Below are positions 1 through 12,575 of a stretch of 64,000 bases of DNA, in pieces (within the stretch, counting starts at the first letter, position 1; each line of letters opens with the position of its first letter). This stretch comes from Octopus bimaculoides (taxonomy: Eukaryota). The stretch covers positions 4,573,142 to 4,637,141 of the forward strand of contig NC_068990.1 of assembly GCF_001194135.2 (NCBI RefSeq), read 5' to 3'. The position numbers and the translations under genes are program-made. The notes under the pieces are model-generated. The model had not been told where the DNA came from. It worked only from the letters and a program-made list of their open reading frames with translations, and did not search any database.

Positions 1-41
1 CTTATGTTAATTTTAATAATGATAAGGAAGTGATGTATTAT

Positions 42-77
<36 letters not shown>

Positions 78-869
78 AGTGCATCTTAGTATATTGTAAT
101 CTATAAGAAATTTCTTAGAAACAGTCATGTCCTAACCCTGTTTTACACAAATGTGCTTATCATATCATAGTATAATTAAGCATGACTTATCAAATTGTAA
201 AGCCATAAACTCTTAACAAAATTTTAGATTACACCAGTAATCTAACATAATATATCTTATGATTTCAGTGTCTTCTTGAGATTTCTAATGCAGTATAAGT
301 TTCTTCAGCTTAAAGGAAATTGTCTATAGTTTTCTAAAAACAGGCTGATAATCATTCCCTCTGAATAACCCTTGAGTTATTATTCTGGTACCCTTCTGTA
401 TATGATAATATTTATGTGAAAATATGCACCTTCATACTATATTTATCAGATCAAATCTATATGAAACAAAATATTTTCTTAGCATATTAAGACTACTCTA
501 GGAAAATGGTTGACTGACAAGTAACTTTCAGATAACAGAATGTTGCCAAGAAATATAAACTGCTCTTTGGAGAGAAGGATAGTTTATCACATGTAACTTT
601 TCCAGGCAAAATCATGAATTTGTTCCATATAATGAAGTGAGCTGAAGCAGCCCAGAAACTATATATAAAAAAATTCCTATCTCCATATATTTGAACTCAT
701 CACCAATGTGTCAGCATCAGTACTTCATACATTTGGTTTAGATTATATAAATGGAAGAGTCAAAAATGGTACTGCCATGCAGTTGCTTGAACTGCTGGGA
801 GTAGCAGTCAAATTTCTACAAATGATATGCTACCATCTTATGCAAAAAAAGGCCACTCAAAAACAATAT

Positions 870-1020
870 TGACCTACATATTTCCAAAAACTCAGGATGG
901 CCATGGCTGGAATGCCTTTGATCATATCTACTTAATGAAGGTTGATCTTGACTAAATAACAACATAAATAAACTCAAGCTAAATCAAGGACTTTGATGTT
1001 GTCTTTTGATCTGCTAGAGA
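870..1020. mobile_element. Decayed SINE-like repeat, family D (gttgtttagccccaggtcagccctgatc...aaaggcattccagccatgacc type)
   Basis: Reverse complement of ggatggccatggctggaatgcctttgatcat...gactaaataacaac matches the family D copies at 25.7, 30.4, 49.75 and 51.56 kb. Confidence 0.55.
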
Positions 1021-1421
1021 CTGCACCCAAATCTCCTTCAAATCACAACTACCATCAATCTGAACATGATGACACATTTGATCATATCCTACATACCCTT
1101 GAAAATATGGAATTATCATGGCTGAAATAACTTAAATCTGAGGTTTGCTTTTTCAGGATTAACTATGGGTTAAATAACAACAAGCTGATAGTATGTTTCT
1201 ATTTTATTATAATACTTTTGTATATTCTGCAATGTTCCGTTCTGTCAAGATATTTTTACCTTTTCTTTTCTTCTATAGACTGTGTCTATTTCAACTCTTC
1301 CATACAGCAACTTACACAGCCTGAATAAAATTTAACACATATTTATCAATGGCAAGATGACTTTCAATATTAGGAACTTTTTCAAATTAATTGTATTTTA
1401 ACTTTTTATATATAAAAATCC

Positions 1422-1632
1422 AGTGGTTTGGCAGAATCATTAGCACTTCAGGTAAAATACTTAGCAGTATTTATTACAGTTCTTTACATTCTGAAGTAAA
1501 ATTCTGCCATGGTCAACTTTGCCTTCCATCTTTTCGGGGTCCATGAATTAAGTACCAGTTGAGCACTGGGGTTAATGTAATTGACTTATATCATCCCCTA
1601 AAATTGTCGGTGCTGTTCCAAAATTTTAAACA
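1422..1632 (+). mobile_element. tRNA-derived SINE, family A (gcctttcatcc...gtcgataaa...gtaccag core)
   Basis: Head tggcagaatcattagca, core ggtcaactttgccttccatcttttcggggtccatgaattaagtaccagttgagcactgggg; colinear with the well-preserved copy at 46950-47182. Confidence 0.8.
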
Positions 1633-2929
1633 ATATTTATATATTTTTATCCTTTAATTTGATTAAGAGGTACACAATATCTGAACCTTTTGTAAGGCCT
1701 AACTAGTAGAGTCAATATTGTTCTACTTGAGTGAATAAGCAGGTAAGAAAAATAAGCGGGTAAGAAATTTGGAAATGCACTTTTAGTAATGTTCTATGTA
1801 AGAAAGCTTTTAGCATGAGATCTAAGAGTAAATTAAGATGATAATGAGGAACTAAGAAAAGACAATTGTATCAGATGGGTTTTATCATGAGTGATACATA
1901 TTTTGCTATTGCAGAGATGCAGAAAATGTTATAGACTCAGTAATGAGATAGTAAGACAAAAAAATTACAAATCCATTAATGGAATAGTGTTTGTACAGGG
2001 ATATGAAAAATTGTAAACGTTGATTTTTTTTATTTTGTTTCATATTTATTCTCTTCTATCACTGTGATCCTGGTTTTCTTATATGTGTAAACTTTATAAT
2101 TCAGAGATTAAATTCCTACTGAAATGCTTCTGTCAACTTGAATAGCACTTTAGTGACTTGAATAAAACTCTAAGTATTATGTTTGAAATGATTGATAATC
2201 TGGCAAATATTATATGGATAAAATAGTAATAGCATGAGAGCTAGTCATACTGTAACACTCATCTTAGTATAACTTATAATGCTTTGCCAACTGGAAGAAA
2301 TGTTTAACAAGTATTTCATGTAATACATATTAAAAAAAGCTTATACAGAAAAGACTGCGCAACACCAGAACAAACTATGCAACAACATTACCTGCATTGT
2401 AAGATGATTCAACATACTTAATATAACATTACTGGGCTAAGGTGTATAAGTATAATGCTATTGATCTAAAGTTCATGTGTTCATCTCATATCATTGCCAT
2501 CACAAAGTGCTATAAAATAAAATACATTATTTGCTTCAATTTTATCTATTTGAAAAATCAGTATTTTATCAAGTGGTCATCTATTTAATACTTGAATACT
2601 CATGGACACTGCCATCAAAGAATCAGATAACAATTGACAAAAATTTACAGCAATCTCATATAAAAAATCACTCCATTACTTAACATCGTGAAATATTAGA
2701 TATCACATGCATTTATAGTAAAAATAATTAAATGGTTACAAAATATTGTCCCAATTATAATTATAGACAGTAAAACTGTAAGATGTTAACAAATAAAAAT
2801 TTCAAAAATTACTCTTTTTACTGAAAACATAGTATTGATTCTGCATAAACTACTTGGTGGGGTGAAGCAATAATTGGAAATAAAGCATTACGAAACATTA
2901 TTTGACTCTACTGTATTCTCTCAAGAGTG

Positions 2930-3445
2930 AATACCATGGACTGCTACATCAGTGCTTCTTCTGCATCTTAAGAATATCCAGTTCTTGATATTATTCTTCC
3001 ACATAATTCTTGATTTTTCTCTTCCTCTTCTTCCATTCATTTTGCTTTTTACTAACAGTTTTTCTAAACCATTTTCTCTAAGTAAATATCCAAAACCATT
3101 TTAGTTTTCTTTGTTTGATGATGTCTAATAATTTCCTTAGTTTTACCATTCTCAATATTTCATCATTGGTATTGTTTTATCCATGATGTTCTGAAAAGTC
3201 TTCTATATGCTCACATATCAAAAGCTTGTAATCTATTTGAAAATGCTTTTGTTAATGTCCGTGTGGTGTTCCATAAAATAGGGAGGACTTTACATGACAC
3301 TTCAGTAACATTTTCCTAGTGTTGATATTAATGATTCTGGTTACAGTGTTTGACCTTTTTTTTCAGATGGCTTTCAAGCTCACTCAATCCTTTTTATTTT
3401 GCCTTTATATTTCCCATTTTTTCTGACTGCATATATTTCAGGTAT
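2930..3445 (-). mobile_element. RTE-clade LINE remnant, RT C-terminal region, pseudogenised
   Basis: Minus-strand pieces translate as KAFSNRLQAFDM*AYRRLFRTSW, TNDEILRMVKLRKLLDIIKQRK and LRENGLEKLLVKSKMNGRRGREKSRIMWKNNIKNW, matching the RTE motifs RLEAFEMWCYRRMLRISW and GRRGRGRPRxxWxDNIK. Confidence 0.8.
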
Positions 3446-3655
3446 GTTATCTTTGGAATCTGTTCAATTGGTTTTCCCCCTTTATAGTAAAATTAATTCA
3501 TTCTTAATTTCTTAAATATATTAATTAAAAGGAAAAAAAAGAAAAATAACACAGAAAACAATTAGAAATATTTTGATGATTTACAATAGTGAAAATAAGC
3601 TTAAATGTTGAGGACAAGTTTTAAAATGAATAAAACCAAATAATTTGATGCTTAC

Positions 3656-3733
3656 ACTGACACCAGTTGATACAGCAGAATCTGATGAAGTTCCCAACTG
3701 AAGGCTGGCATAGCTGGAAACTTTGTTGAAAAC
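3656..3733 (-). CDS. Internal 78-bp coding exon of an unidentified minus-strand gene (phase-0 reading VFNKVSSYASLQLGTSSDSAVSTGVS)
   Basis: Canonical acceptor ctaatttattttctttttcattacag| with branch-like CTAAT, donor |gtaagc, length a multiple of 3, more GC-rich than the flanks. All three frames are open; phase 0 is chosen because it joins the upstream phase-0 exon. Confidence 0.65.
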
Positions 3734-4427
3734 CTGTAATGAAAAAGAAAATAAATTAGATTCAAATTACAGAAACTCTAGTTGAATTTTTAAATAAATT
3801 AATATGAGTAGAGACAATGAGATGGTCCACAAGACTGAACTTCTGAAGAAGAAAGAAATAGATTAGCTGTATCATTATATGTCAGAATAAAGTATATAGT
3901 AAAAGAAACCAGTGAGTATTAGGATCTGGAACACAGTTGTTTTATAACTGAATTTATTGAAGTATATTATCATTGAAAATAATATTAATATTAAATAGAG
4001 AAAGAAATTGAATTTGTAAAGTGAAAATATTTGAAACTTGTTCAACACACCCAAACTAATAAAAAAGACAAAAAAATTTTGAATTTTTACTTTGGAGAAT
4101 TTCATATATAATGAGAGATCAAGTTAAAATTGGATTTCATTTATACCTGTGTAAATATTTTTTTTACATAATGAAATTATGTAACATCAAAGGTGGGACA
4201 AAATATTAACAAAACAATAAGTTAATAAAAGAGTTGGTAAATAAAACATACATATGAATAAATAGATTAATTATAAGTTATAAATATATTTAATAATAGG
4301 TGAATAATAAAATGAAAGGTTAATTACTTTTCATCTTTGTGTTGATTAAATAATGAAACTATTAAAAAATTTAAATAAAGCTGTTCAAGTCATTTTGTTC
4401 CATAAAAGACCACTTAACAAAATGTAG

Positions 4428-4575
4428 TAGAATTGTTAGAGCATCAGATAAAATGCTGGCAATATTTAATCAAAGCCTTTTATATTCTGAGTTCAAATCC
4501 TACTGAGGTCAACTTTTACTTTTCATTCTTCTGGGGTCTATAAAATAGTAGTCAGGTACTGGGTCAAGTAAATAT
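4428..4575 (+). mobile_element. SINE family A, decayed
   Basis: ctgagttcaaatcctactgaggtcaacttttacttttcattcttctggggtctataaaatag matches the family A core. Confidence 0.7.
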
Positions 4576-6665
4576 TGCTATAAAGCATCCGAGATGTGAA
4601 TGGGATTATAACAAAAACTAGATCATAATGCCAGTCTGTGTAAAAGTCAGTAGATTGGGTTCTTAGTCAAAGGTCACATCACTTCTTGATTTATGTCTAA
4701 CCAATTATAAAGTAGACAGTAGCTCATTCGGTTTTGGTGTATTTATTTAATTTACATTAAACAGGAAAATTTAATCTATTCTGGAAGCTAATTTCTCCTT
4801 TGTCATAATTTTCCCTCTTGAAAATAAATATAAGGAAATAAAACAAAATACATCATTATGAATTTGATGATACATCTATTAAAGTTAATTTCCTTATGTA
4901 AGCATGTAAGTTTACAATTAAAATTTATGAAAAAGTAACTATAAAACTATTGGATTCATATATTGGATGAAGACATTTAAATTGGCTTTAGACAGTAGAT
5001 TAAAAAAAAAATGTTTGTCCATAAGATAAATGAAATTCTATACATTTTTGGCATTTTAATATGAATACTAATTCCTTACAAATTGGATGAGGGTGAGTAA
5101 ATTATAATGACCATCCCAGGACTAACTTAATTTGTTAATCCTAGGAGAATGAAAGGCAAGGTATTCAGGGCTTGTAATTAAAAACAATAAGGAATCTTGT
5201 CCAATGCTGTTCTTCCAATTCACTGTCTTTAAATCCTATTTACAATGCTTTAATATTGCAAAGTCATCTTCTTATAAGAAGAAAGAAATGAAATTTAAAA
5301 TGCAATGCAAGAACTGAGCTAGACAATATGATGAAGTAAAAAACAAAAACCATTTGTCTCAAAAAATTTGTCGAGTCATAAAAAAAAAAAAAGACTTTTT
5401 ACAATAGCAACCTCTGATTTTTAAATTTAATCCATTGCATAGTTTAACCCAACAATTACTCCTTCAGAGGCTTTAGTAGAGTCAGCTGCAAGCATTTAGG
5501 CTATTTTTCTTTCTTCCCTTTCACCCACATAGGTAATGTCACCCACCTCCAACTAAATCATAGAACATTTGAAAAAGAAAAAAAAAAAAAGAAGAAATCT
5601 AGAAAAGCAAATGAGCTCTTAAGTAAATTAAAAATATCCCTTATTTTTTTTTCATCAGAAAACCTACATTTGAAATCCTAAACATAAAAACCAAAGCCCA
5701 ATCAAAACTATCAATCCTCTCAGTTTGTATAAACTTGTTGCTGTCAAGCGTTTTAAGTAGGTAATAAATTTCATAATAAATTGTATCACACTTGATAAAT
5801 CACTGGAAACAATTCATGGTTGTCTGAGATAGTTTTCAAACACTTTAGTTTTAAGATGTCTTTCGATTATAATAATGCTAAATATCTAGGTCCAAGGATA
5901 CTAAGAATAAAACTTGAGAAAGTTTATATAGCCAATCATACATATGTACACATATATACACATGCCCACACTCATATACTTATGGGTGTATGCTTGTATT
6001 AGTTTATATGATAATGTTTATGATAATGTATAATAACATATGAGTGTGTGTATGTTTAGCTGGTTACTATATAAAATATATATATATGTATAGAATGTAT
6101 CATAGAGTTTAGGAGAGAAGGAGAGTGCAGCTATAGTCATATACAATATAGAATATTAATTATATTACTCCACTTCAAAATTTTAGAGTTTGTAAGAACC
6201 CTTCTAAAACTTAAACCATATGTTGAATATACAAAATAAGTAACAAAAACAACTTGACAGAAAACAAAGTGATTATTAAATTAAGATGAATATTACATTT
6301 AAAGTATCTTCTTTTTGAGAATACTTTCTATATATAAATATACACATATACATTTACATGCATAAATTTAATATGTATGTGTGTATGTGAAATGATAAAA
6401 TAAGTAACAAATATGTACAAACATAATGAATTTTAAAAATGTAAAACATTTTACAAAGAAAATCAATATATGAATATAGTGGAGTTAATATATATAAATA
6501 TATAAAATGAAATATATTAGAGAAATAACTATATAAAATGCAATGTATAAATGCATATCAAATTTTCGGCAAATAAGAAAACATTAAAAAAAAAAAATCT
6601 ATACATTATCGGCAAGGTAAGTATATCAGAAGGAAATGATACAGAGTGTAGAGTAACTTTCTTAC

Positions 6666-6704
6666 ATTATAATTGATGCGACTCGTCTCTGGAGAAGCAA
6701 GCAT
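6666..6704 (-). CDS. Putative initiating coding segment MLASPETSRINYN, within exon 6666-6808
   Basis: ATG at 6704-6702, 13 codons, then a phase-0 donor AAT|gtaaga; strong acceptor gcaacttctctttttag| at 6809-6810; splices in frame to 3733-3656. With the upstream exon attached, this frame has an in-frame TAG and no earlier ATG. Confidence 0.5.
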
Positions 6705-6988
6705 GGAGTGACAAACTGGTGGTTTTGGGTTTAAATAAAAACAGATGTATGTGCAAGTAGAAAGAAAATGTGAAAAATTATATATATGAGTATTAAAACA
6801 GGTTGGAACTAAAAAGAGAAGTTGCTTCTCAGTCCTAGTGGGCTTGTCACTTGGAGTGTTGGTATTTGTAAGATCCAATCAACAGGAACGGTGGGAGGTG
6901 CTTCCTTTTGAAAACTAACTAAATAACATTTCACTCATCTTCATGCACGTGTGTTAGAGAAAGAAAAAAGGAAGAGATAAGGAGCAGA

Positions 6989-6991
<3 letters not shown>

Positions 6992-7052
<61 letters not shown>

Positions 7053-7125
7053 AGGGAAGATAAAAGAGAGAGAACAGAATCAGAGAGAAAGAGGATAAGA
7101 ATTGAAGAAAGAGAAAAAGAATGCA

Positions 7126-7176
<51 letters not shown>

Positions 7177-7210
7177 AAAGCAATAAAGACTGAGAGGGAG
7201 AGAGAGAGAA
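6992..7210. repeat. Compound (GA)n microsatellite in predicted first intron
   Basis: Direct observation; source of the false Ser/Leu ORF 6941-7264. Confidence 0.95.
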
Positions 7211-7280
7211 AATGAAAGAGGAATGAGAGAAGAAGACTAAGCGAGAGCTACCTGGAATACGCAACTACACGCTTCCTTAC

Positions 7281-7420
7281 TACTTTCAGTTGCTGGCTGA
7301 TTAAGAGGAAGGAAATTACAAGACTTCTGTGATGCCGTTCTTATTGTTAATGTTGTTCTAATCGTGGTGTTTTGATTTGTTTGGATTTTATGCTATACTT
7401 TGTTAATGGCATCGTGAAAT
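7281..7420 (-). promoter_or_regulatory. Putative non-coding 5' exon / promoter-proximal region of the minus-strand gene
   Basis: Donor GTA|gtaagg at 7280-7279; about 6 CpG in 7240-7420 against a CpG-depleted background. The 5' boundary is uncertain. Confidence 0.4.
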
Positions 7421-7944
7421 AGTCTAAATGACTGGATTTAGTAGTTTAATAACTGTTTATTCTATTTATGATTATATCTTTGTAGAATGCTAAACACTGC
7501 CATCTCTGCCTCTTCAAAAAACAACAAAAATGAGGAAAATAGGATATGAAAGAATTGTAAATTGAAAACAATTTTTTTTTATATATCATGGACTTATAAA
7601 AGAATATGCACATTTATACATAAGATACATAAATTCACACGCATTGGTTTTATACATTGATAATCAACTGCTGCATGAACTTCTATTAACACTCACACAT
7701 TCACACGCATTTCACACACAAATATAATGCATATAAACAAATATCAATCATGGTAAAAATATATAAACAATGAAAAATAAAACCTGGTAAATTTATATTA
7801 CTTATGTACGTATGCATGTGTGTATGTATGTCTGCATGTATGCATGTGAAAATGTAGATATATTTATTCATATATGTGCATAAATATGCATACATATGCA
7901 CTCACACACATACATGCATACACATATATGTGTGTGTGTGTGTG

Positions 7945-7993
<49 letters not shown>

Positions 7994-10900
7994 GTATGTA
8001 TACACACACACACACACACAGATACATATATTTTCCTTTAAGGACACTGTAAAAAATTTAGTTAGCATTATGAATAGCTTGTATTATTTAATAGTAGGTA
8101 GCGGATAGCAATAGTTTTAATATATGACTAAGAATAGTATCTATTGACTATATTCAATATCGGAAATTTCACTTTAGTTTACTAGCNNNNNNNNNNTCAT
8201 ATATATATATATATATATATATATATCATATATATATATGCACATCTTTATACAGATGCATATATGCATACATATACATACACATATGTAGAAACACATA
8301 AATGTTCAGACATATACACATATATAGATACATACACACATATTTATATAAAAATTCATATGTATGTATATATTCAATTACATATGCATACACACACACT
8401 CACATATAAACACATACACATATATATATATGTGTGCATACGCATACTCACATATATCTCTCTGCATAAATATATTTGCGTGAGAGAGAATGTGTGTATA
8501 AATTCACACACATATGAAAGAAAGAGAAGGGGAGGGAAATGGAAAGCAAAAAATGAAAGAAATAAAAAAACAACATCTAATGTGTCCTGCTTTTCACTTC
8601 ATAAGTTTTTTGAGAGAAATTACTTTTTTTTATTCATGTCTTCTTTATCTCATTTTGCCTCTATTTTATTCCTCTCTTTATTCCCTTGTCTTATTTCTGA
8701 TCTTTGTCCTCCTTATTTCTTTTTTTCTTTTAAATTCCTTTACTTATTTTCTTCTGTTACTTGTTTTCTCTTACTTTATCTTGTCCTCTTATTATTTCAT
8801 TCTTTTCCTCATTCATTTCTTTCGTCTTGTTCCTGCCTACTGGAGGTGTAGAATCATTTATTGTGTCTATCTGTAAATCTATCTGGAGTCTCTTTATCTC
8901 TGGTTCTCTGTGTTCATCAGTGCAGACAACAGAAGAAAATAGAAAACGTCAGCCTCTCTTTCTTTTGAAAAAGCAGAATGCTTGACAGTATTTCATTTCA
9001 TACTTGTTGAATAAAGTTCAAAGTGATGATTGAAACAAATCTGAAGAAAGGGTCTCTACCTTTCAGACTGTAGTCGACAACTTTAAATGTCTTATCAGAC
9101 TTTTTCTCTTCTCCTCAATGGACTGTAAAGTTTATGCAGAATGAGACTCCAGTTTTATCTATTTTAAATCATGGATACAATTTATCACACTGAAAGCTTA
9201 TAGCTTTTATCATAGTAAAAGCTATATGGTCTAAGCATCGCAACTCGTCTTCCTAAAATATCAGCTTCCATTCTATGTATTAGAAATAATGAAGGTTTCA
9301 TACATTGGCACAAAGTTCATGCATTTTGGGGGAGAAATGAGGTCAACTAAACTGACCAAAATACTTGACTGAAGTAATGTTTATTATTATTATTATCATT
9401 GTATTAAAATGAAGTTAACAGGGTTCATTTAGCATTTTTCTTGCAATGGGGTGATGAAATAAAGTACAATACTCTATGAAATAAAGTACAATATATACTG
9501 TGCTGGATCCAACTGTTCAAACTGAATTATTTTTGTGCTCAATGAAAGTAAATTATGACTTTTGGTAAAATGCCTTTTTATCTCGTTTGGTGACTTGTAT
9601 TTGCTTAAATCCAACAGTCTATAACTTATATTTTTATTACTTCAAGGCTGGGTGGATGTTACTCAATTATTGCTAATATACTCAAGCTTTTTAAATTTAG
9701 CACTTAACTCCTTATTTTTCAAAAAGGATGATTAAAAAAGGTTAAGTTTTAGGATCCATGTAAACTCATTCTTGCTGTTATGGTCAGTGACTGCTGAATT
9801 TTTTTTTTATCTGTATAAGATTTAAGCAGGTAATTTAAGCTTTAATAATTAATTAGTAATTATTGTTTTCATAATTCAATAAAAGCTATCAAAAATCAAC
9901 TGGACAATGGAATAGTAACAAACTAAAAGTTTTAAAGTATTTAGTGCTGAACCTCAATGTCTTGAGTTAAAATCCCTCTGGATTTGGCTTTTCTATATTT
10001 CTGTAGTCAATAAAATTAAAGACAAGTGATGTGCTGGGACTGTGTCAAACCGCTGTACATATTTCCTACAAATGTTTGCTGTATACCAATTATGACTTTA
10101 AAATTATTCAGAATTGTGTAGTTTATATAACAGCATTGTAATTAAGTAGTGTCTAAGTCTTGCTGGTACTGCGGTGGATGTAACAGAGCTCTGCTAAGTC
10201 ATACATTTCCTAAGATATGTTAAAATATAATTAAAGAAAAAGAATATTATTTTAGAACCAGTATAGTCTACCAATTGATTTATGGGATTGCATCTATAAG
10301 ACATGGAATCAAATTTAAACTTGTAACTAAATAAAGACAAGTTTTCATCATTCACAAAATAATACTAATACTCAAACTTAGTTTTAACATGCCATTATGT
10401 TTACACTCATTGAAATCATCTTCATTATTGTTGCTATTTTTCATCACAAACATCATTATGGTGACAAATCTCTGACTTTATCTCTTCAGCTTGATCTGAT
10501 ACAGCAGACAGAATGCTAATTATCTGCAAGACTGGGCCTTTACAATTAGTAAAATTTGTTATCAAGGCATCTTAATTAACATCACAGATGTAGCTAGCGA
10601 TACCTCAATGGATAATGATGACAATAGTTAACATCTTTTCAGGTGATAAAAGTATTTATTGTGTGCTTAAAAGGTATAATGTTCATATATTCATTCACAG
10701 GCATGTGTGTATATGTGTGTGACTGTATATGTGTCTGTGTTTCAAATATAAGTCTGCTTAATATAGAAATGGAAATAAAGGATTATCATACAGTACAAAA
10801 TAAAAGGAACATTTGATAAACAGAGTATTAACATTCTGTAGCTTTCAAAATCATTAATTAGATTATCATTAATAAAAAGAAAATGAAATGTTAAAAATTA

Positions 10901-11208
10901 TGTACATGATATAAATCTACTTTGAAACAATTGTCATCATTTTAACTTTCAAGTTTCCATGATTACAAGTATTGGGTAAAATTTTTTTGAGGTAGATTTT
11001 CTATGGTTGTATGCTCTTGTTGCCAACACTCAACTGTTTCCCCTGTTCTTTCAAAAATTAGGTTAAAAAATATGTGAGTTTCTTATACATGGATAGTATT
11101 ATAATCCATTACAAAAACTTCCAAATTTTAAGCCTAAAAAATTAGGGGGTTCTTTATACACGAAGGTTCCTCATACATGTTAAAATACAGTGTATGTGTG
11201 TGTATATG

Positions 11209-11258
<50 letters not shown>

Positions 11259-11736
11259 TGTGTGCATGTGTATGTAAACATTATCAGTTACACACACATT
11301 AGTGTATGTGTTTTCTTTACATGCTAATTTGTTGCAGGATGGCATCATAGGAAAATTGTTACATGATGCTGGGTGTTAAAGTACACTGACTGTCTGAGAT
11401 CAGCTTTTAATTCGAAATCTAATTTTGTTTTACTTGTGCTACACCATAGCACATCAGCAAACAGACTTTACACTATTTGCGTTTATGTCTTATTTCATAT
11501 ATGTCTCAGCGATTCATTTTGTTTTGAGGCATTTGTATATTTGATACTGAAGAGCTAAAACAACAGTGAAATATCAATATCTATTGTTCTAGTTCACTGA
11601 GGGCCAAGTTGTCTCACTTGGTCTGAGACATTTAATGTTCTTTAATGCTTGGCATTGTGTAGGAATTTTTCTCTGGATGCTATCCCACAGCAAAATGGCA
11701 TATAAATAAAACACATGCACTATGCATGTACAACTG

Positions 11737-11767
<31 letters not shown>

Positions 11768-11821
11768 GGAAAATGAAGAATAAGGCAGAATGCTAAACTG
11801 GAAGCATATTTTAATAAAGAT

Positions 11822-11859
11822 TTCTAACCGGCTTTCATTGCGAAGCAAATTTTCAAGAA
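11822..11859 (-). ncRNA. Minimal type I hammerhead ribozyme-like motif (U3-A8 variant), copy 1
   Basis: Minus strand reads UUC-UUGAAAA-UUUGCUUCGCAAU-GAAA-GCCGG-UUA-GAA: 3-bp stem I, core, stem II UUGC/GCAA, GAAA, palindromic stem III, UA cleavage site. Confidence 0.55.
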
Positions 11860-12187
11860 GGAGAATGAAAATGTTTTTTACAAAGAAGTACAAAATGAAG
11901 AAAATAATATATTAAAAAAATAATATATAAAAAAATAAATATACCAATACATTATATTGTCTTTGAGCTTTGAAGTTCAATGGTAGTTCATGCATATAAT
12001 GGTTGGAAAGATAAGGATGCATGAGAATTGAGAGTTGTGTTAGGTTTTAAAAAAGGGTTAAAAGTTTGTGTTAAGCAGGAAGTGTGGTGTCAAAACAGGA
12101 AGTGTGTGTAAGGGGAGACAAATGTTTTTAGTTGGAGTTATGAACTCTTTTTCAACAGGAAGTTTGAAAACAACATTTTCATTCTCC

Positions 12188-12225
12188 TTCTTGAAAATTT
12201 GCTTCGCAATGAAAGTCGATTAGAA
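12188..12225 (+). ncRNA. Minimal type I hammerhead ribozyme-like motif (U3-A8 variant), copy 2
   Basis: Plus strand reads UUC-UUGAAAA-UUUGCUUCGCAAU-GAAA-GUCGA-UUA-GAA; stem III has U-A where copy 1 has C-G. Confidence 0.55.
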
Positions 12226-12493
12226 ATCTTTATTAAAATATGCTTCCAGTTTAGCATTCTGCCTTATTCTTCATTTTCCTATTATTTCTCCACGTGCGGT
12301 TAACACAACCCCACTATTTACTGACTTATATATATATATATATATATATACCTACACACACATACACACCACACACACACACATGAATGAGAGGACAAAT
12401 GAAAGAAAAGGGCATTCTACACATTTAGTAGGAGTTACAAGTATTACTTAAAACTGGTTTATTTGGTTCCATGTGATACAAAGTTCCACATGA

Positions 12494-12575
12494 CTCTAAC
12501 AGAACCTGTCTCCTTCAGGCTTTAGATTACTGATTTGGTAGTCTAAAGCCTGAAGGAGATGGGCTTTTGTTAGAG
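12494..12575 (+). ncRNA. Candidate pre-miRNA-like hairpin (37-bp stem, 7-nt loop)
   Basis: 12494-12530 pairs with 12538-12575: 33 Watson-Crick pairs, 4 G-U pairs, one bulged C (12564). I recognise no known miRNA family in it. Confidence 0.45.

Larger units (their letters stand above)
11768..12326. mobile_element. Non-autonomous Penelope-like element: ~110-bp inverted arms (11768-11875 and 12172-12279) plus a one-sided 47-bp extension, inserted in (TA)n
   Basis: Arms are near-perfect reverse complements; (TA)n on both flanks; each arm contains a minimal hammerhead-like motif, a known hallmark of Penelope pseudo-LTRs. No RT or GIY-YIG ORF is present. Confidence 0.6.

Noticed and set aside
9060-9122. 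Minus-strand AG...GT-bounded 63-bp segment
   Set aside because: Stop codons in all three frames; it lies in probable element debris.
11768-12279. Simple MITE with 110-bp TIRs and TA TSD
   Set aside because: Not preferred: the right arm extends a further 47 bp to the (TA)n flank, and the arms carry hammerhead motifs typical of Penelope pLTRs. It is not fully excluded.
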